Part shown: piece by piece, positions 1-13,159 of the stretch | How positions within the stretch are numbered: position 1 is the first letter of the stretch | Layout: each line of letters starts with the position of its first letter | Source: an uncultured delta proteobacterium | GTDB lineage: Bacteria > Desulfobacterota > Binatia > Binatales > Binataceae | Assembly: GCA_963774705.1 (NCBI GenBank) | Contig: CAVZFW010000015.1 | Location: 138,046-202,045, forward strand | DNA: 64,000 bases | Direction: 5' to 3' | Program-made: the position numbers and the translations under genes | The notes under the pieces: generated by a model | What the model was told of the DNA's origin: nothing | What the model saw: only the letters and a program-made list of their open reading frames with translations | Database searches by the model: none

Positions 1-374
1 GGCTCCGGCAGATACGAGCCTTTGTGATCGAGGTAGTCGGCCTGTTCTTTAGTGATCGGTTTCTTGCGCTGGACATTGCGCACGTTCAGGGCCCGCTGGA
101 TATCATGACTGACGCCCGGTCCCGCCAGCGACAGGAGGTTAACCATTCCGGCGCTACCGTGAAACAGCGAGACCGGGTTCGCATAGCCGAGTCCGTTGGC
201 CAGCAGGCGCCTGCTTTCGGGATCAAACCAGAAGCTGCTCTTGAGCACTTCTAATTCGTCTTTTGTAAGCCAGTCTTTGGCCCGCTCCCATAACCACGGC
301 GGCTCGGTGACGTGGGCGTCGCAGTCAAAAGACGGAAAGTCCTTCGTCATTGGTGCGAATTTCTGAACCGGCAT
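1..374 (-). CDS. amidohydrolase-family protein, N-terminal part (gene continues past left edge)
   Basis: Not in ORF track (no stop inside window). ATG at 374-372 with GGAGG upstream. Translation MPVQKFAPMTKDFPSFDCDAHVTEPPWLWERAKDW has the DxDxHxxEP metal-ligand start typical of amidohydrolase_2 proteins. Confidence 0.6.
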   Translation of the reverse strand, partial: MPVQKFAPMTKDFPSFDCDAHVTEPPWLWERAKDWLTKDELEVLKSSFWFDPESRRLLANGLGYANPVSLFHGSAGMVNLLSLAGPGVSHDIQRALNVRNVQRKKPITKEQADYLDHKGSYLPE

Positions 375-422
375 TGCAAGCCTCCGTCTACTAGCAATTT
401 ACGTGTTAATTATCTGTGGGCG

Positions 423-1661
423 TCACGCCACCGCAGCGACCGCTCGTTTGAAGCGGACCGGCATATGCTTGATGCCAGAGACCAGATTTGAGCTGAGCCG
501 TTCGACCGGTCCTGCCAGCTCGATCTGTTCCACCTCATGCACGAGGGAATGCATCATCAGACGTAGTTCGAGCCGCGCCAGATGCGCGCCGGCGCAGAAA
601 TGCTCGCCCCTGCCGAATGCGATCTGTTCGTTGGGAGTGCGTTCAATGTCGAAGCGATACGGATCCTCGAAGGTCTCCTCGTCACGATTCCCCGAGGGGA
701 GCCATAACGCCAGCTGGTCACCCTCGCGGATATGCTTGCCAGCCATAACCGTGTCGCGCGTCGCGACGCGCGCGATATGAGTTATTGGACTGCTCCAGCG
801 CAGAATCTCTTCAATCGCCGTCAGCATCACAGAAGGATCGTTGAACAGCTTTGCGCACTCGGCGGGCTGCTGGATCAGAGCGAGCAATCCGCCCGAGATC
901 GCATTGCGGGTCGTCTCGAGTCCACCGATGATGTACTGAAAGCCGTTGTGAAATAACTCACCTTCGGTCAGCTTGCGCCCGTTGATCTCAGCGTTGCCGA
1001 GCACGCTCAGCAGATCTTCGCCGTCGCCGCCACGCCGCTCGAGCGCGTGCTGCACGCAATACCCGCCAAGACTGGTAACTCCTTGCTGGCGCGTCTCCAT
1101 CGCTGAACCGGATTCGACCTGGTATTCGGCGTCCTCGAAACCCAGTGCCATGTTGCCCCACTTGAACATGTCCTCCCAGTCGCGCCGCGGGATACCGATG
1201 ATTTCGCAGATGAACGCCATCGGCAGCCGCGCCGCAACGTCCACCACGAAATCGCATGTACCGCGGTCCAGCACGCCGTCCAGAATCTCCGCGACCAATC
1301 TGCGGCCGGGATCGTCGTACACGCCCACCGCACGCGGCAAGAACAGACGATTGAACGCGCGGCGCATCGCGCCATGCAGCGGCGGATCGGTCATGATCAT
1401 CATCTGGCCCGCGCCCATCATCTCCGGCGGTACATGTTCCAGTTCGGGACTCGACGGCACTACTACCCCGCGGCTCGAGGTAAACAGATTCGGCTCGCTG
1501 AAAGCCGTAACGATATCGTCGTACCGGGTGATCGACCAGAAAGGCCGTACCCGGCCTTCGGTCCAGTGTATGGGATCCTCGCGCCGCAATTGCTGCCACA
1601 ACGGATGCGGGTCGTGATCGGCGAAAAATCCGGGATCAGTTAGCGCGTGATCGATATCCAT
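423..1661 (-). CDS. cytochrome P450
   Basis: 412-aa intact ORF. Heme loop FGRGEHFCAGAHLARLE (FxxGxHxCxG), K-helix EEILRW (ExxR), I-helix GGLETT. Confidence 0.95.
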   Translation of the reverse strand: MDIDHALTDPGFFADHDPHPLWQQLRREDPIHWTEGRVRPFWSITRYDDIVTAFSEPNLFTSSRGVVVPSSPELEHVPPEMMGAGQMMIMTDPPLHGAMRRAFNRLFLPRAVGVYDDPGRRLVAEILDGVLDRGTCDFVVDVAARLPMAFICEIIGIPRRDWEDMFKWGNMALGFEDAEYQVESGSAMETRQQGVTSLGGYCVQHALERRGGDGEDLLSVLGNAEINGRKLTEGELFHNGFQYIIGGLETTRNAISGGLLALIQQPAECAKLFNDPSVMLTAIEEILRWSSPITHIARVATRDTVMAGKHIREGDQLALWLPSGNRDEETFEDPYRFDIERTPNEQIAFGRGEHFCAGAHLARLELRLMMHSLVHEVEQIELAGPVERLSSNLVSGIKHMPVRFKRAVAAVA

Positions 1662-1920
1662 TAGCTACTAACCTCCTGCTCCTTTGCTCTCTGGCGGCAA
1701 AGTCTTTCATCCGTAGAAAAAAGAAGTACCAAGCGACCTCTCAATCTCGGTGTTACGCCTCACGCGCGCAACACCGTATCGGACGATATTTCGAAGATTG
1801 AGACACTTGTCCGACCCGGTGTCAAGCTTGACGCTCCACTTCGTTTGGACGACAATCCAGAAATTGAGACAGGTGTCCGATTCGCCCTGCTCAGATTGGC
1901 CAGAACGCGAAAACGAAGCG

Positions 1921-2586
1921 ATGACCTCATCCCCAAAAGTCAAATACAAATCGATCGTGCGCCAATTGCGACGCCAACAGATCGAGGATGCCGCTCTCAA
2001 AGCAGTCCTTAAGCGAGGCTTTCCGGCAAGCACCTTGCGCGTCGTGGCGCGCGAAGCCAAGGTCCCCCTCTCCTTCGTACACTACTACTTCCGCGACAAA
2101 GACGAACTGATGAGGTGTGTGGCAGAGCGGATTCTAGCCCGCGCAATCGAACAGCTCGAGCAGGCGCGCGGCAGCGAACGCGACCCTCGGCGTGCCGCGC
2201 ACGCAGTTCTCCGGGAATGTCTGATTGGGACCGAGAATCGCAGCGCGCTGATTGCGTTCCTCGAACACTGGGCAAGCTGTGTCCGCAAGGGCACGGTGGA
2301 TCGTTTCTATACCAAAGTGCACGATAGCTTTCGCCGAGTGATCGCTCGCGCCCTACGGGATGCGGGCGCTCAGGAGCCCGATAGGCTGGCGCTCGCCCTG
2401 TTCGCAATGATCGTAGGGTACGCCACCTTCTACTGGAGCAAGCCGCTGGATACGGCTGAGCGCACCTCAGTATTGGAAGCGTCATACGCGATGGTCGAGC
2501 GTGCCGTGCGCAAGGGCAAGGGCATCGTCCGAGCCGTGCCGAAGACGAAGCGCGCGGACAGACAGATGGAGGACAAAAAGCAATGA
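1921..2586 (+). CDS. TetR family transcriptional regulator
   Basis: Start moved to ATG 1921 (MTSSPKVKYK). N-terminal HTH LKRGFPASTLRVVAREAKVPLSFVHYYFRDKDEL. Divergent from the P450. Confidence 0.85.
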   Translation: MTSSPKVKYKSIVRQLRRQQIEDAALKAVLKRGFPASTLRVVAREAKVPLSFVHYYFRDKDELMRCVAERILARAIEQLEQARGSERDPRRAAHAVLRECLIGTENRSALIAFLEHWASCVRKGTVDRFYTKVHDSFRRVIARALRDAGAQEPDRLALALFAMIVGYATFYWSKPLDTAERTSVLEASYAMVERAVRKGKGIVRAVPKTKRADRQMEDKKQ

Positions 2587-3260
2587 ACTCGAGCGCAGAA
2601 CATAAGCGCCCCGGCCCTGCCCGCCTCGACGAGCTAGGCTTCACTCTCATCGATGCCGATAACCATTATTATGAGCCCACGATGCCTTCACGCGGTATAT
2701 GGAGCCCGCGTGGCGCGACCGCAGCTTTCGCTGGTTCACCAAAGAAGCGGGCAAACGGCGCCTACTTATCGGCGATCGCTTGCTCCGCATGATCATCGAT
2801 CCAACTTTTGAGCGAGTCGCGAATCCCGGCGCGTTGCTGGAGGTGATCAGGAATCACGGGTCCCGGATTTCGGCATCGCCGCCAAGAGGTCGAACCGATC
2901 CGGCCCGAATATCGCGATCGCACAGCGCGCCTGGCCGCCATGGATCGCCAAGGCGTTGAGCGCGTCTGGCTGTTCCCGACCTTGGGCGTCGTCGCCGAAA
3001 AGCTGATGAATGGCGATCCAGCTTTCATTTGGGCGAGTTATCGGGCTTTCAACCTCTGGCTCGATGAGAACTGGGGCTTTAATCATGGTGACCGTATCTA
3101 CGCCGTGCCCATGTTCTCCCTAGCGGACGTTGATACGGCGGTGCACGAGCTCGACTGGGCGCTGAGCCGCAATCCTCTCCGCGCCAAACATAGTCGGTTC
3201 GCTTTCGCGCCTGCTGACAGCGACGACGCAACTTCGGCGAAGCATCGCCACCTACGATGA
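2583..3260 (+). pseudogene. amidohydrolase-family gene, frameshifted and 3-prime truncated
   Basis: Homologous pieces lie in three frames: ARLDELGFTLIDADNHYYEP (2583 ORF), FRWFTKEAGKRRLLIGDRLL (2699 ORF), VERVWLFPTLGVVAEKLM...AVPMFSLADVDTAVHELDWAL (2940 ORF). Similarity ends near 3180, next to the recombinase cassette. Confidence 0.7.
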
Positions 3261-3338
3261 AAAGCAAGGATCCTGTTTAAATGAACCGGCTGCTGAGCGC
3301 CTTGGGAACGGTCCGCACCTGAGCGAAGCACCTCGCCG

Positions 3339-5832
<2,494 letters not shown>

Positions 5833-5840
<8 letters not shown>

Positions 5841-6358
5841 TGGTGGCTTCCTTTGCGCGGCCCTTCAGACCGAAGAACAGTGGCCCGACCAGCGTGTGCC
5901 GGTGATCGCGCGGGCGACTTCCGAGAGCAACTTGTAGCGTTGTCCTTGGTAGACGACGTTGGTGTCGAGCACAGTGACCCGGTGACTGATACCCCGCCAC
6001 TGGCGGATCAGCACGGTCCCGCCGTTGCCCGCGGCTGCGGAATAGATCGCGGAGCGTCCTTTGATGGATTATCGGCGATCCGATCGAGGACCCGCCGGGT
6101 TGCTGGTTTGAGGCCGGGCGAGGCTTTCTCCTGCAGCCGGTACGCAATCGCTCTAAGCAGCAACGCGCGGCCGAAGCTCGGTGATGGTTCGGCGCCGAAG
6201 AGCGCCGCCCATCGCTGCCTCAGGGCAGGCACGTCGAGAGCGGGTAGGCGCGCGACTTCCAGCGCCGATTTCTCCCGCTCTCCGTCCAGAGTCGGCCACT
6301 TTCGGCTTCGTTTCGATGAGACTGATTGCCCCATGGATACCTCCCATAGGATGTCCAT
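5833..6358 (-). pseudogene. DUF2924-family protein (copy 1), frameshifted
   Basis: LRQRWAALFGAEPSPSFGRALLLRAIAYRLQEKASPGLKPATRRVLDRIA, then the GPLFFGLKGRAKE ending in another frame. Its stop overlaps the recombinase start, as in the usual DUF2924-recombinase pairs. Confidence 0.7.
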
Positions 6359-6653
6359 GTGCGCTCAATCCGCGCCACAAAGCCAGTCGGTTTGCGCGCC
6401 CCTTAAGCCCTGCGTGAGCACGGTAAAAAAACTCGGTCTGGTTTCGCCCTTCGACCGGACCCCGGGCTTGGTGTTGCTGATGCGCGAAATCGGATACGCG
6501 ACGGTATCGAACCCGAGTGCGCTCAGTCAGAAGCCGTCGCCTAGCGAAGCCGATTGAGCCCCTGCTATTTGAGATTTGTCTCTCGTACGGGTACTGGATC
6601 AGTTGAGCCAGTACCCTCTACGACCTGACTTGACGGCGCAGGAGAATCAGATC

Positions 6654-7034
6654 ATGAGCGATACGACCGAACAATTCGAAGGTGGATGCCTCTGCGGCGC
6701 AGTCCGCTTTGTCGCGACCGGTCAGCCCAAGGCGATATATTGGTGTCACTGCCAGAGTTGTCGAAGCCATACCGGCGCGCCGGTCTCCGTCTTCGCGCTA
6801 TTTGACGGCAAAGCCTATACTGTTACCAAAGGCGAGATAACCAAGTTCGATTCTACGCCTGGGCAAACGCGACGTGGCTTCTGCAGCCGATGCGGCTCTA
6901 CCCTGACTTGCGAAAGCCTGCCGGGGCCGACGGAAACGCATTTCCATATTGGTGCGTTCGTTCAGGCCGCGCGCCTTCAACCGACAAGCAAACAGTACTT
7001 TCCCGAGGAGCGCCTGCCCTGGTTGCACCTGTAA
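6654..7034 (+). CDS. GFA (glutathione-dependent formaldehyde-activating / CENP-V like) family protein
   Basis: ATG 6654 with GGAGAA RBS. Cys motifs GGCLCGAVRF, WCHCQSCRSHTGAP, GFCSRCGSTL. Confidence 0.85.
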   Translation: MSDTTEQFEGGCLCGAVRFVATGQPKAIYWCHCQSCRSHTGAPVSVFALFDGKAYTVTKGEITKFDSTPGQTRRGFCSRCGSTLTCESLPGPTETHFHIGAFVQAARLQPTSKQYFPEERLPWLHL

Positions 7035-7135
7035 TCCGCTAAATCGTTGTGCGACACCGCCCCAAGTGGAGTGGCGCATATAATTCATCCGAGCAACTAA
7101 AGGCTTTCTCATCCTAAGGCAAAGGAGCAGTTTCC

Positions 7136-7645
7136 ATGACCGCACAACTCGACACACCCATTGGCACAATAGAACAGCCGCTTGGAGAATTCTCCCCAGA
7201 CATCATGACGCGCCTTCACTCAAAGGCGCTCGACTGGCAGCGCCTGACCGGCAGTCCCCGCTTTGACTACCTCATAGACTATTCGGTCGCCGTCACCCGC
7301 CTCGATCGGGAGGCAGGCCGCATAGAGTTTCTGGCGAAATGGAAACCCAACGCCTACTGCCATTTCCATCGCCATTTAGGCCGCACCGCAACTTGGAATC
7401 TCGAGGGCGAGCACCATGTCGTTGAGACGGTTCCGACCCAGACCCTCCACAAGACACGCCGGCCAGGCTTCCAGGGACAAACCCCAGCCGGCGAGCTTCA
7501 TATGGAATTTGGCGGTGCGGAAGGTTCGACCGTGCTGTTCCTCTGTGAAGCGGTCGACGGCAAACTGTTCGATATCGTGTCGAGCGACGGAAAGGTAATC
7601 GCCACTGCCACCTTGGACGATTTCGCATATGGACGCCTTCGCTGA
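7136..7645 (+). CDS. hypothetical protein, probable cupin fold
   Basis: 169-aa ORF with AAGGAG RBS. HFHRHLGRTATWNLEGEHHVVE resembles a cupin HxH...E...G motif. Family not identified. Confidence 0.45.
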   Translation: MTAQLDTPIGTIEQPLGEFSPDIMTRLHSKALDWQRLTGSPRFDYLIDYSVAVTRLDREAGRIEFLAKWKPNAYCHFHRHLGRTATWNLEGEHHVVETVPTQTLHKTRRPGFQGQTPAGELHMEFGGAEGSTVLFLCEAVDGKLFDIVSSDGKVIATATLDDFAYGRLR

Positions 7646-7787
7646 GGCAAGCGCGCTTTCGGCGCCTTCCTTGCGGCACAGCTCCGCGATGCCGTTCTGG
7701 ATATGCCGCTAAAGAACTGATCCATTTTCCGCTGTAAAAGTGAGCCACCCCGAGTCATAGACTCCGGCGGGAAGCCTGAGGACGGGG

Positions 7788-8105
7788 ATGCTGAAGATGG
7801 ATCAAGTGCATGTACTGCGACACAGGGTGCTGAAAGAGCGACGGAGCATCCGGCGCGTCGCGCGCGAACTGGGTTAAGCCGCAACACGGTAGCCAAGTAC
7901 CTCGACAACCCCGAGCCGGTCAGAAGTTCGGGGCGACAGCGTCAGCGGCCGGTGTGGGAAGCGGTGCGGCCGCGGCTGGAGGAGCTGATCGCGGAGTGGG
8001 AGCCGCGAACCACCGGCAAGCTAAGGATCACCCCAATGCGCCTTCATCGTCAGCTCAAGGCGGAAGTCTATCGAGTCGGAAGAACGCTGGTAGGCGACTA
8101 TTGGC
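7788..8105 (+). pseudogene. IS21-family IstA transposase, N-terminal fragment with frameshift
   Basis: MLKMDQVHVLRHRVLKERRSIRRVARELG, then in frame +2 LSRNTVAKYLDNPEPV...RPVWEAVRPRLEELIAEWEPRTTGKLRITPMRLHRQLK. Homology stops near 8105. Confidence 0.7.
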
Positions 8106-8189
8106 CCTTCGATTGGGAAGGGTCCGGCCTTCACCTGCCAATACCACGATTGGGAATCCCAAAGCCCTCTGGCTTAATCCCTGCTGACA

Positions 8190-8228
8190 GAAGCGGCCGC
8201 CCCGATTGGAGCGGCCGCTTCGTTTTGG
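8190..8228. terminator. GC-rich hairpin, candidate bidirectional terminator
   Basis: Perfect 11-bp inverted repeat GAAGCGGCCGC-N10-GCGGCCGCTTC followed by GTTTTGG. Lies 50 nt past the DUF1329 copy A stop. Confidence 0.5.
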
Positions 8229-8278
8229 CGCCGTTAAATCGATTGCGGGCGGCGCGCCCGGCTAATCGCGTTGCGAGG

Positions 8279-9627
8279 TCAGCGCATGATCATCATGAGA
8301 CCGCCGGGGCTGCCGTACTTGACGCCGTCCAGGTACTCCTTCGGCGCGTTGTTATCGAGATACGGCTTGCGCTTCCACGGATTGCCGAAGCCGCACCATA
8401 CGGTCTCGTGCGAGTTCTGGAAATCCATCGCGGTCGATGCCACGCCATCCCATGCGGAGCCGAGTCCGGGGACGTCGCCGGCATCGTTGTAGTAGGAAAT
8501 CGCCTTCCACAGCTTCTTGTTCGAGTCGTACAGATCGACCCAGTTGCCGTTCCAGTGCTCGCGGTCGGCGTAGATGATGCGGCTCGAATAGCAGTAGCCC
8601 GCGGATTCGCTCGCGATCCGATGGACGTCAACCACCGCATGGTTACGCGCTTCCCACTTGCCCCACGAAGGCTTCGGGAAGCCCAGCGGCATCAGGTAGC
8701 CGCCGGGTAAATCGCGCCGTCCTGGTTGAAATGAGCAAGCGTCAGGAGCTTGCGATCCGCCAGGAAGTCGCCCGTGTAGATCGAGGTGCTGCCGTTGAAG
8801 CCGTTGGTCTTGGCGTCGTCGTAGCTCCAGTCGAAGCCGAACACCGGCGAACAACGGGCGGTGCTGGCCAGGCGCAGCGAACGGCGCAGTGCCGGCACGA
8901 ACACGAAAGTGTCAGGGAAAGGATTCTTTTCCTGATCGACGAAGAACAGGTTGAGCGAAGCGGTGTAACGCGCCTGCTCCGGGGTCTCTTCCATCAGCCA
9001 TTCGGTGTACCAGGTGCCGGGTGCGTAGTTCTGCTGCACCGGGAAGCCGGGGTCGGTGTTGTAGTCGCTCCAGCGATAGACGACGTCGATCGTCGTGGTG
9101 TTGGAGTTGCCGAAGCGGTCATTCGACCAGATCGAGCCGAAGTTATTCGGGCTGTTCACGTAAACCGAAGGCACGAACGCCCAGAATACGTTGGCCAGAA
9201 TCTTCCAGCCCTTATTCGGGTCCTGCGGATTCGGGAAGGGCGTCCCGCCATGGTAGTTCTTCAGTACGTAGTGGCCGTTGGGCAGGACTTCGACTTGGGT
9301 CTGCGGACCGTATTTCTCGGTCGCTTCAACCCAGGTCTTCGGCAGGAAGGTATTGTAGACCGCCGGGCCGACGTCCATTTCGACGTCCGCCGGCATCTTC
9401 CAGTAATAGCCGCCCTCGAACAGCTTCTGCATGCCCAGTGGCATAAACTGCTTGTACTGCTGCCAGTTGGCCATCGTGATCTTCGCGCCAACCGGTTCAG
9501 CGCCCTGGCTCGCGGTGTCTTTGACCCACGATCCATCTCGCTGCGATCCGTTGACTGCGCTCGTCCCAGCGACGGCAAGACGAGCAACATTCCGATTGCC
9601 AATAAACGAACGAGAACACTTCTTCAT
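8279..9627 (-). pseudogene. DUF1329-family periplasmic protein (copy A), frameshifted
   Basis: Roughly 85% identical by eye to copy B, but FNQDGAIYP / GYLMPLGFPKPSWGKW are in different frames (indel near 8700). The signal peptide (LLAIGMLLVLPSLGRAQSTDRSEMD) is also out of frame with both the start codon and the mature part. Confidence 0.8.
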
Positions 9628-10117
9628 TTCAGTGGACCTCCGATTTTCCAGTTACGCTCGGCAAACCCCAACTCATCAAGGCGGGTGCAGTGGGTTTTCA
9701 TTAGCTCCTCTCTCTTTCCAGACTGAAGAGCTAATAGGGGCTATGCGTTCAGCTTATTTGTAGAATATGTATGGCTGTCAACATGTAAATTATAAAACAT
9801 AAGAATTCGGGGCCGTATAGCTTCAAACCACAGTCGGATTCCAGCATTTCGCGGGCATATGTTCCCGGGTCCATCGTAGAGAGTTGTGGCGCGCGATGCG
9901 GACGATCCGGCGAAACTCGCATCACCCGGGCTGCTTTGCCGGCTGATCGAGCCTAGCCTTCGTCCCTACTCAATCATGCGGTCGCGGGGGGACTTTAAGA
10001 ACTGTGCACCCGGTTAACGTACTTCCGAAACCCGGACACTGACCGACCTGGACTCATCGCGATGTTGCAAACGTCGTCTAAAAGCTGTCATCCGCCAGTT
10101 TAGAAACCGGTACCGAA

Positions 10118-10142
10118 AGTTCGAATCCCGTCTGCTCCGCCA
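10118..10142 (+). repeat. tRNA 3-prime-end-like direct repeat, left copy (putative att remnant)
   Basis: AGTTCGAATCCCGTCTGCTCCGCCA contains a T-loop TTCGAAT, an acceptor-like strand, a G discriminator and CCA. No matching 5-prime acceptor strand or D-arm upstream, so not a tRNA gene. Confidence 0.55.
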
Positions 10143-10395
10143 AGGAGTCTTTAGCTGTCCTTATTATTCTTAGGCACGCAGAAATATGCCGTGCGGGCGC
10201 GAGTATTCGCAGTTGAAATGGACCGGAGATAGCCTCTCCCTAATCCGCGCGGCATGATTTTCGCGCTTTCTCTCCATCGCCGGATTCGGCGGTGGACTTC
10301 GGCGATTACCCCAGTAGCGCGAGAATTGTTGTATTGATGAATTTTGGAATCCGAAATACTTAAAAGGTCCAGTAAATTCCCGGTCGGCGGAGGTA

Positions 10396-12105
10396 TCAGA
10401 CGGATTCGGCGAAGCCGAGCAGTTTTTCCTGCGCTTGCCAGTTCAGCGGAAGATCGCCGCGACCGGTCGACAGAAACTGCGCGGTGAGTTCCGGGGGCTG
10501 GCGCCCTTCGGCAATTCTTTCGACGATTGCGGGCGCGAGAAAAGCCAGGCGAATCATGCGGCTGACATAGCGCTTGCCGACACCTTCGCGCTTGGCCAAT
10601 CTCGACCATCGAAGCCGCGCGACCCGAGACCAGATCGTCAAACCAGCGGCGGGCGCGCGCTGTCGCCTTCAGGATCGTCGAATCAATCCGTTGGCGCTGA
10701 ACCTGAGATTCCTCGCGCCGACAATGAGCCGCATCTCAATCCCACGCCGTCTCACTCGCAGTGGTATCTGACGCGTGATCGACAAGTGGGTCGTAGCGTT
10801 CGCCGTCGGTTTGCCGGAAGTGGCAATCGGCAATCTGATCGATAGTCGAATCCCGTCCTGGATGCAACTCCGCTCGCTCGACCAACGTTTTTAATGCGGT
10901 CGCTGCCTCAGCCTCCGAGCGAAGACGCGTGCTCCATTCTGCGGCAGTCGCAAGGATCGAAGTTATGTCATGCGCACCAACTCCGGCCTCATCGACGTCG
11001 GCGACGATAGCCGTGCGCTCATCGAGAATTCCGGCGATGGCGGCCGCCAGGTTGCGTTCGATCTCCAAGGCGGGAACCCGCCATCCCTGTCCAGGCTTAC
11101 GCGGCGCTCCTTTCATCAGACTGCGCGAGACGTAGTATCGGTACCGGCGATTGCCCTTGACTGCGTGACTCGGCGTCAGCCGTTCGCCGCTGTCGTCGAA
11201 GAGCTTGCCGATGAGCGGACTGGGCATCGATCCGCTTGGCTTGCGCATCGGCCCGAACCGTGTGGGCAAGCAAAAGTTCCTGGGTCTTGTCCCATATCGA
11301 ACGTTCGACGATCGGCTGATGCTGGCCCGGATAGCGTGCGCCCTTGTGTCGGATCTCACCGACGTAGATGGGGTTGCGCAGCAGGGTGTAGAGCGCGCCG
11401 CGCGCGAAGGACTTCTCACCGGTGCGGGAGCCATTACTGGATACGCGCAGCTTGGAGCGGAGACCATCGCGGTCGAGTTCCTCCTTGAGCAGACGCACGC
11501 TGCCGAGCTCACAGTAGCGCTGGAAGATATGTCTGACCGTCGCGGCTTCGGATTCGACGACTGCCAGCTGGCGGTCGCGCACCTCGTAGCCGAGCGGGAC
11601 CAGACCGCCCATCCACATGCCCTTGCGCTTGGAGGCGGCAATCTTGTCGCGGATGCGCTCGCCGGTTACCTCGCGCTCGAACTGCGCGAACGAGAGCAGG
11701 ACGTTGAGCGTCAGACGACCCATCGAGGTCGTGGTGTTGAATTGCTGGGTTACCGCGACGAAGGACACGCCGTGCCCATCGAAGATCTCGACCATCCGGG
11801 CGAAGTCCGACAAGCGATCGCGTCAGCCGATCGACCTTATAGACGACCACGACATCGACCAGACCCTCTTCGATGTCGGCCAGCAGTTGCTTGAGCGCCG
11901 GGCGCTCCATCGTCGCGCCGGAAAGACCGCCGTCGTCATATGCAGTCTTGCGCAGACGCCAGCCTTCGCCCTGCTGACTGCGGATGTAGGCCTCACAGGC
12001 CTCGCGCTGGGCATGCAGCGAATTGAAGTCCTGCTCGAGGCCTTCTTCGGATGACTTGCGGGTGTAGATGGCGCAGCGCAGCGCTTGCTCATTACGCGGC
12101 TTCAT
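10396..12105 (-). pseudogene. large serine recombinase (copy 2), at least 3 frameshifts
   Basis: [41 protein letters not shown]...[13 protein letters not shown] (12105 frame), [35 protein letters not shown]...NPIYVGEIRHKG (11813 frame), GNRRYRYYVSRSL (11641 frame), YVSRMIRLAFLAPAIVERIAEGRQPPELT (10641 frame). Confidence 0.85.
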
Positions 12106-12560
12106 TGATCTGCTCCTTCCTGGCGGACTTCAGGCCGAAGAAGCAGCGGCCCCGACCAGCGACTGCCGGTGATCACTCGTGCGATTTGCGACAGCGAGCG
12201 AAAGCGCTTTGTGCGGTACAGGAATCCATCGTCCAGCACGGTCACCTGATGCTTCGTGCCGTGCCATTCCCGGATCAGTACGGTGCCGGTGTTTACGCGA
12301 ATCTTTTCCGGAGTCGGGGCAGCCTGTCGCCGCGCGGCCGTATCGTCGGCGATGCGTTCCAGCAAACGCACGGTCGCCGGCTTGAGGCCGCCCAGGGCTT
12401 TCTCCTGCAGCCGATAGGCGATCCCCTGGACTAGCAGCGACGAACGGAGTTTCGTCGGTGGCTCGACACCAAACAAGGTCTGCCACTGCTCAAGGAGCTC
12501 CTCCGCGTTCAGTTGGCGGAGTTGATCCAGTTGTGACGACCAGTTTTTCGGGGTCTCTCA
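12102..12560 (-). pseudogene. DUF2924-family protein (copy 2), frameshifted at both ends
   Basis: LLVQGIAYRLQEKALGGLKPATVRLLERIADD...GTVLIREWHGTKHQVTVLDDGFLYRTKRFRSLSQIARVITGSRWSGP. The FFGLK ending is lost to a frameshift. The ATG at 12560 is out of frame with LDQLRQLNAEELLEQWQTLFG. Confidence 0.7.
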
Positions 12561-12787
12561 TCGATTTCGAGCCTTTCTTCATAGGTCCCGCTCCTGCTCG
12601 GGTACCACCACACATTGCTCGATTCGCACCATACATCCAGTCGCCGGTGTGTTCGCATTCCAGAGCGTACGTCGGGAAAATCGCATCTTTGTGGTGGGTT
12701 GAAGGCGAATCGCCGGGCTGAGGGTTACCTATCCGTCTCTAGCAGGCCGAAGCTGGCTGCTTTCGACGGCATCTGAAGTCGCCTGAG

Positions 12788-12812
12788 AGTTCGAATTGAC
12801 TGCGCTCCGCCA
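12788..12812 (+). repeat. tRNA 3-prime-end-like direct repeat, right copy
   Basis: AGTTCGAATTGACTGCGCTCCGCCA matches the 10118 copy at 19 of 25 positions, with both 9-nt ends identical, in the same orientation. Confidence 0.55.
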
Positions 12813-13159
12813 CCTAGTCCCTATCTCTGGCTATACTCCACCCAAATCAGCAAAAAGCCCGCCACAGCGGTCCCATTTGCGAATATGTGGTCGCGGAGAA
12901 AATCAATTTCCGGTAGACGACGCGCGAATTCGCGGCCAAAGTCTCTGTGGGCTAATTCGGAGCGACCGTTTGGAACCGATGCCGGACGGCATCGAGGGTT
13001 CCACGAGCGCATTTCTTCTATTGACAGCTTTTCAGACATGCCTGTAGGAAAGTCGTGAAGTAGCGCTGCTCTGGGTTCGTCAGGCTGGAAGGCTGCGCGT
13101 AAGGTCGCGGACGCTCAAGCCGGGAAAAGACGCGACCCTGTGGAACGGAAGCAGTACCG

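Noticed and set aside
973-1617. 214-aa plus-strand ORF (and several others) inside the P450 gene
   Set aside because: It is antisense to a gene with unmistakable P450 motifs. Its Arg/Ser/Pro-rich low-complexity translation is typical of shadow ORFs in GC-rich DNA.
7952-8710. 252-aa plus-strand ORF
   Set aside because: It is a chimera. The first ~50 aa are the IS21 IstA fragment, and the rest runs through an intergenic terminator and antisense into DUF1329-A.
8731-9726. 331-aa plus-strand ORF opposite DUF1329 copy A (and 30404-31066 opposite copy B)
   Set aside because: The opposite strand encodes a recognisable conserved family in both loci. These are mirror ORFs.
10060-10142. Possible complete tRNA (Ser or Sec type) ending in GCTCCGCCA
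   Set aside because: There is no complementary 5-prime acceptor strand (GGAGCAG), no D-arm, and the T-stem 5-prime half does not pair. It was kept only as a 3-prime-end-like repeat.
10151-10609. 152-aa minus-strand ORF next to the tRNA-like repeat
   Set aside because: It overlaps the recombinase copy 2 C-terminal frame out of phase and extends into AT-rich intergenic DNA. It shows no motifs.
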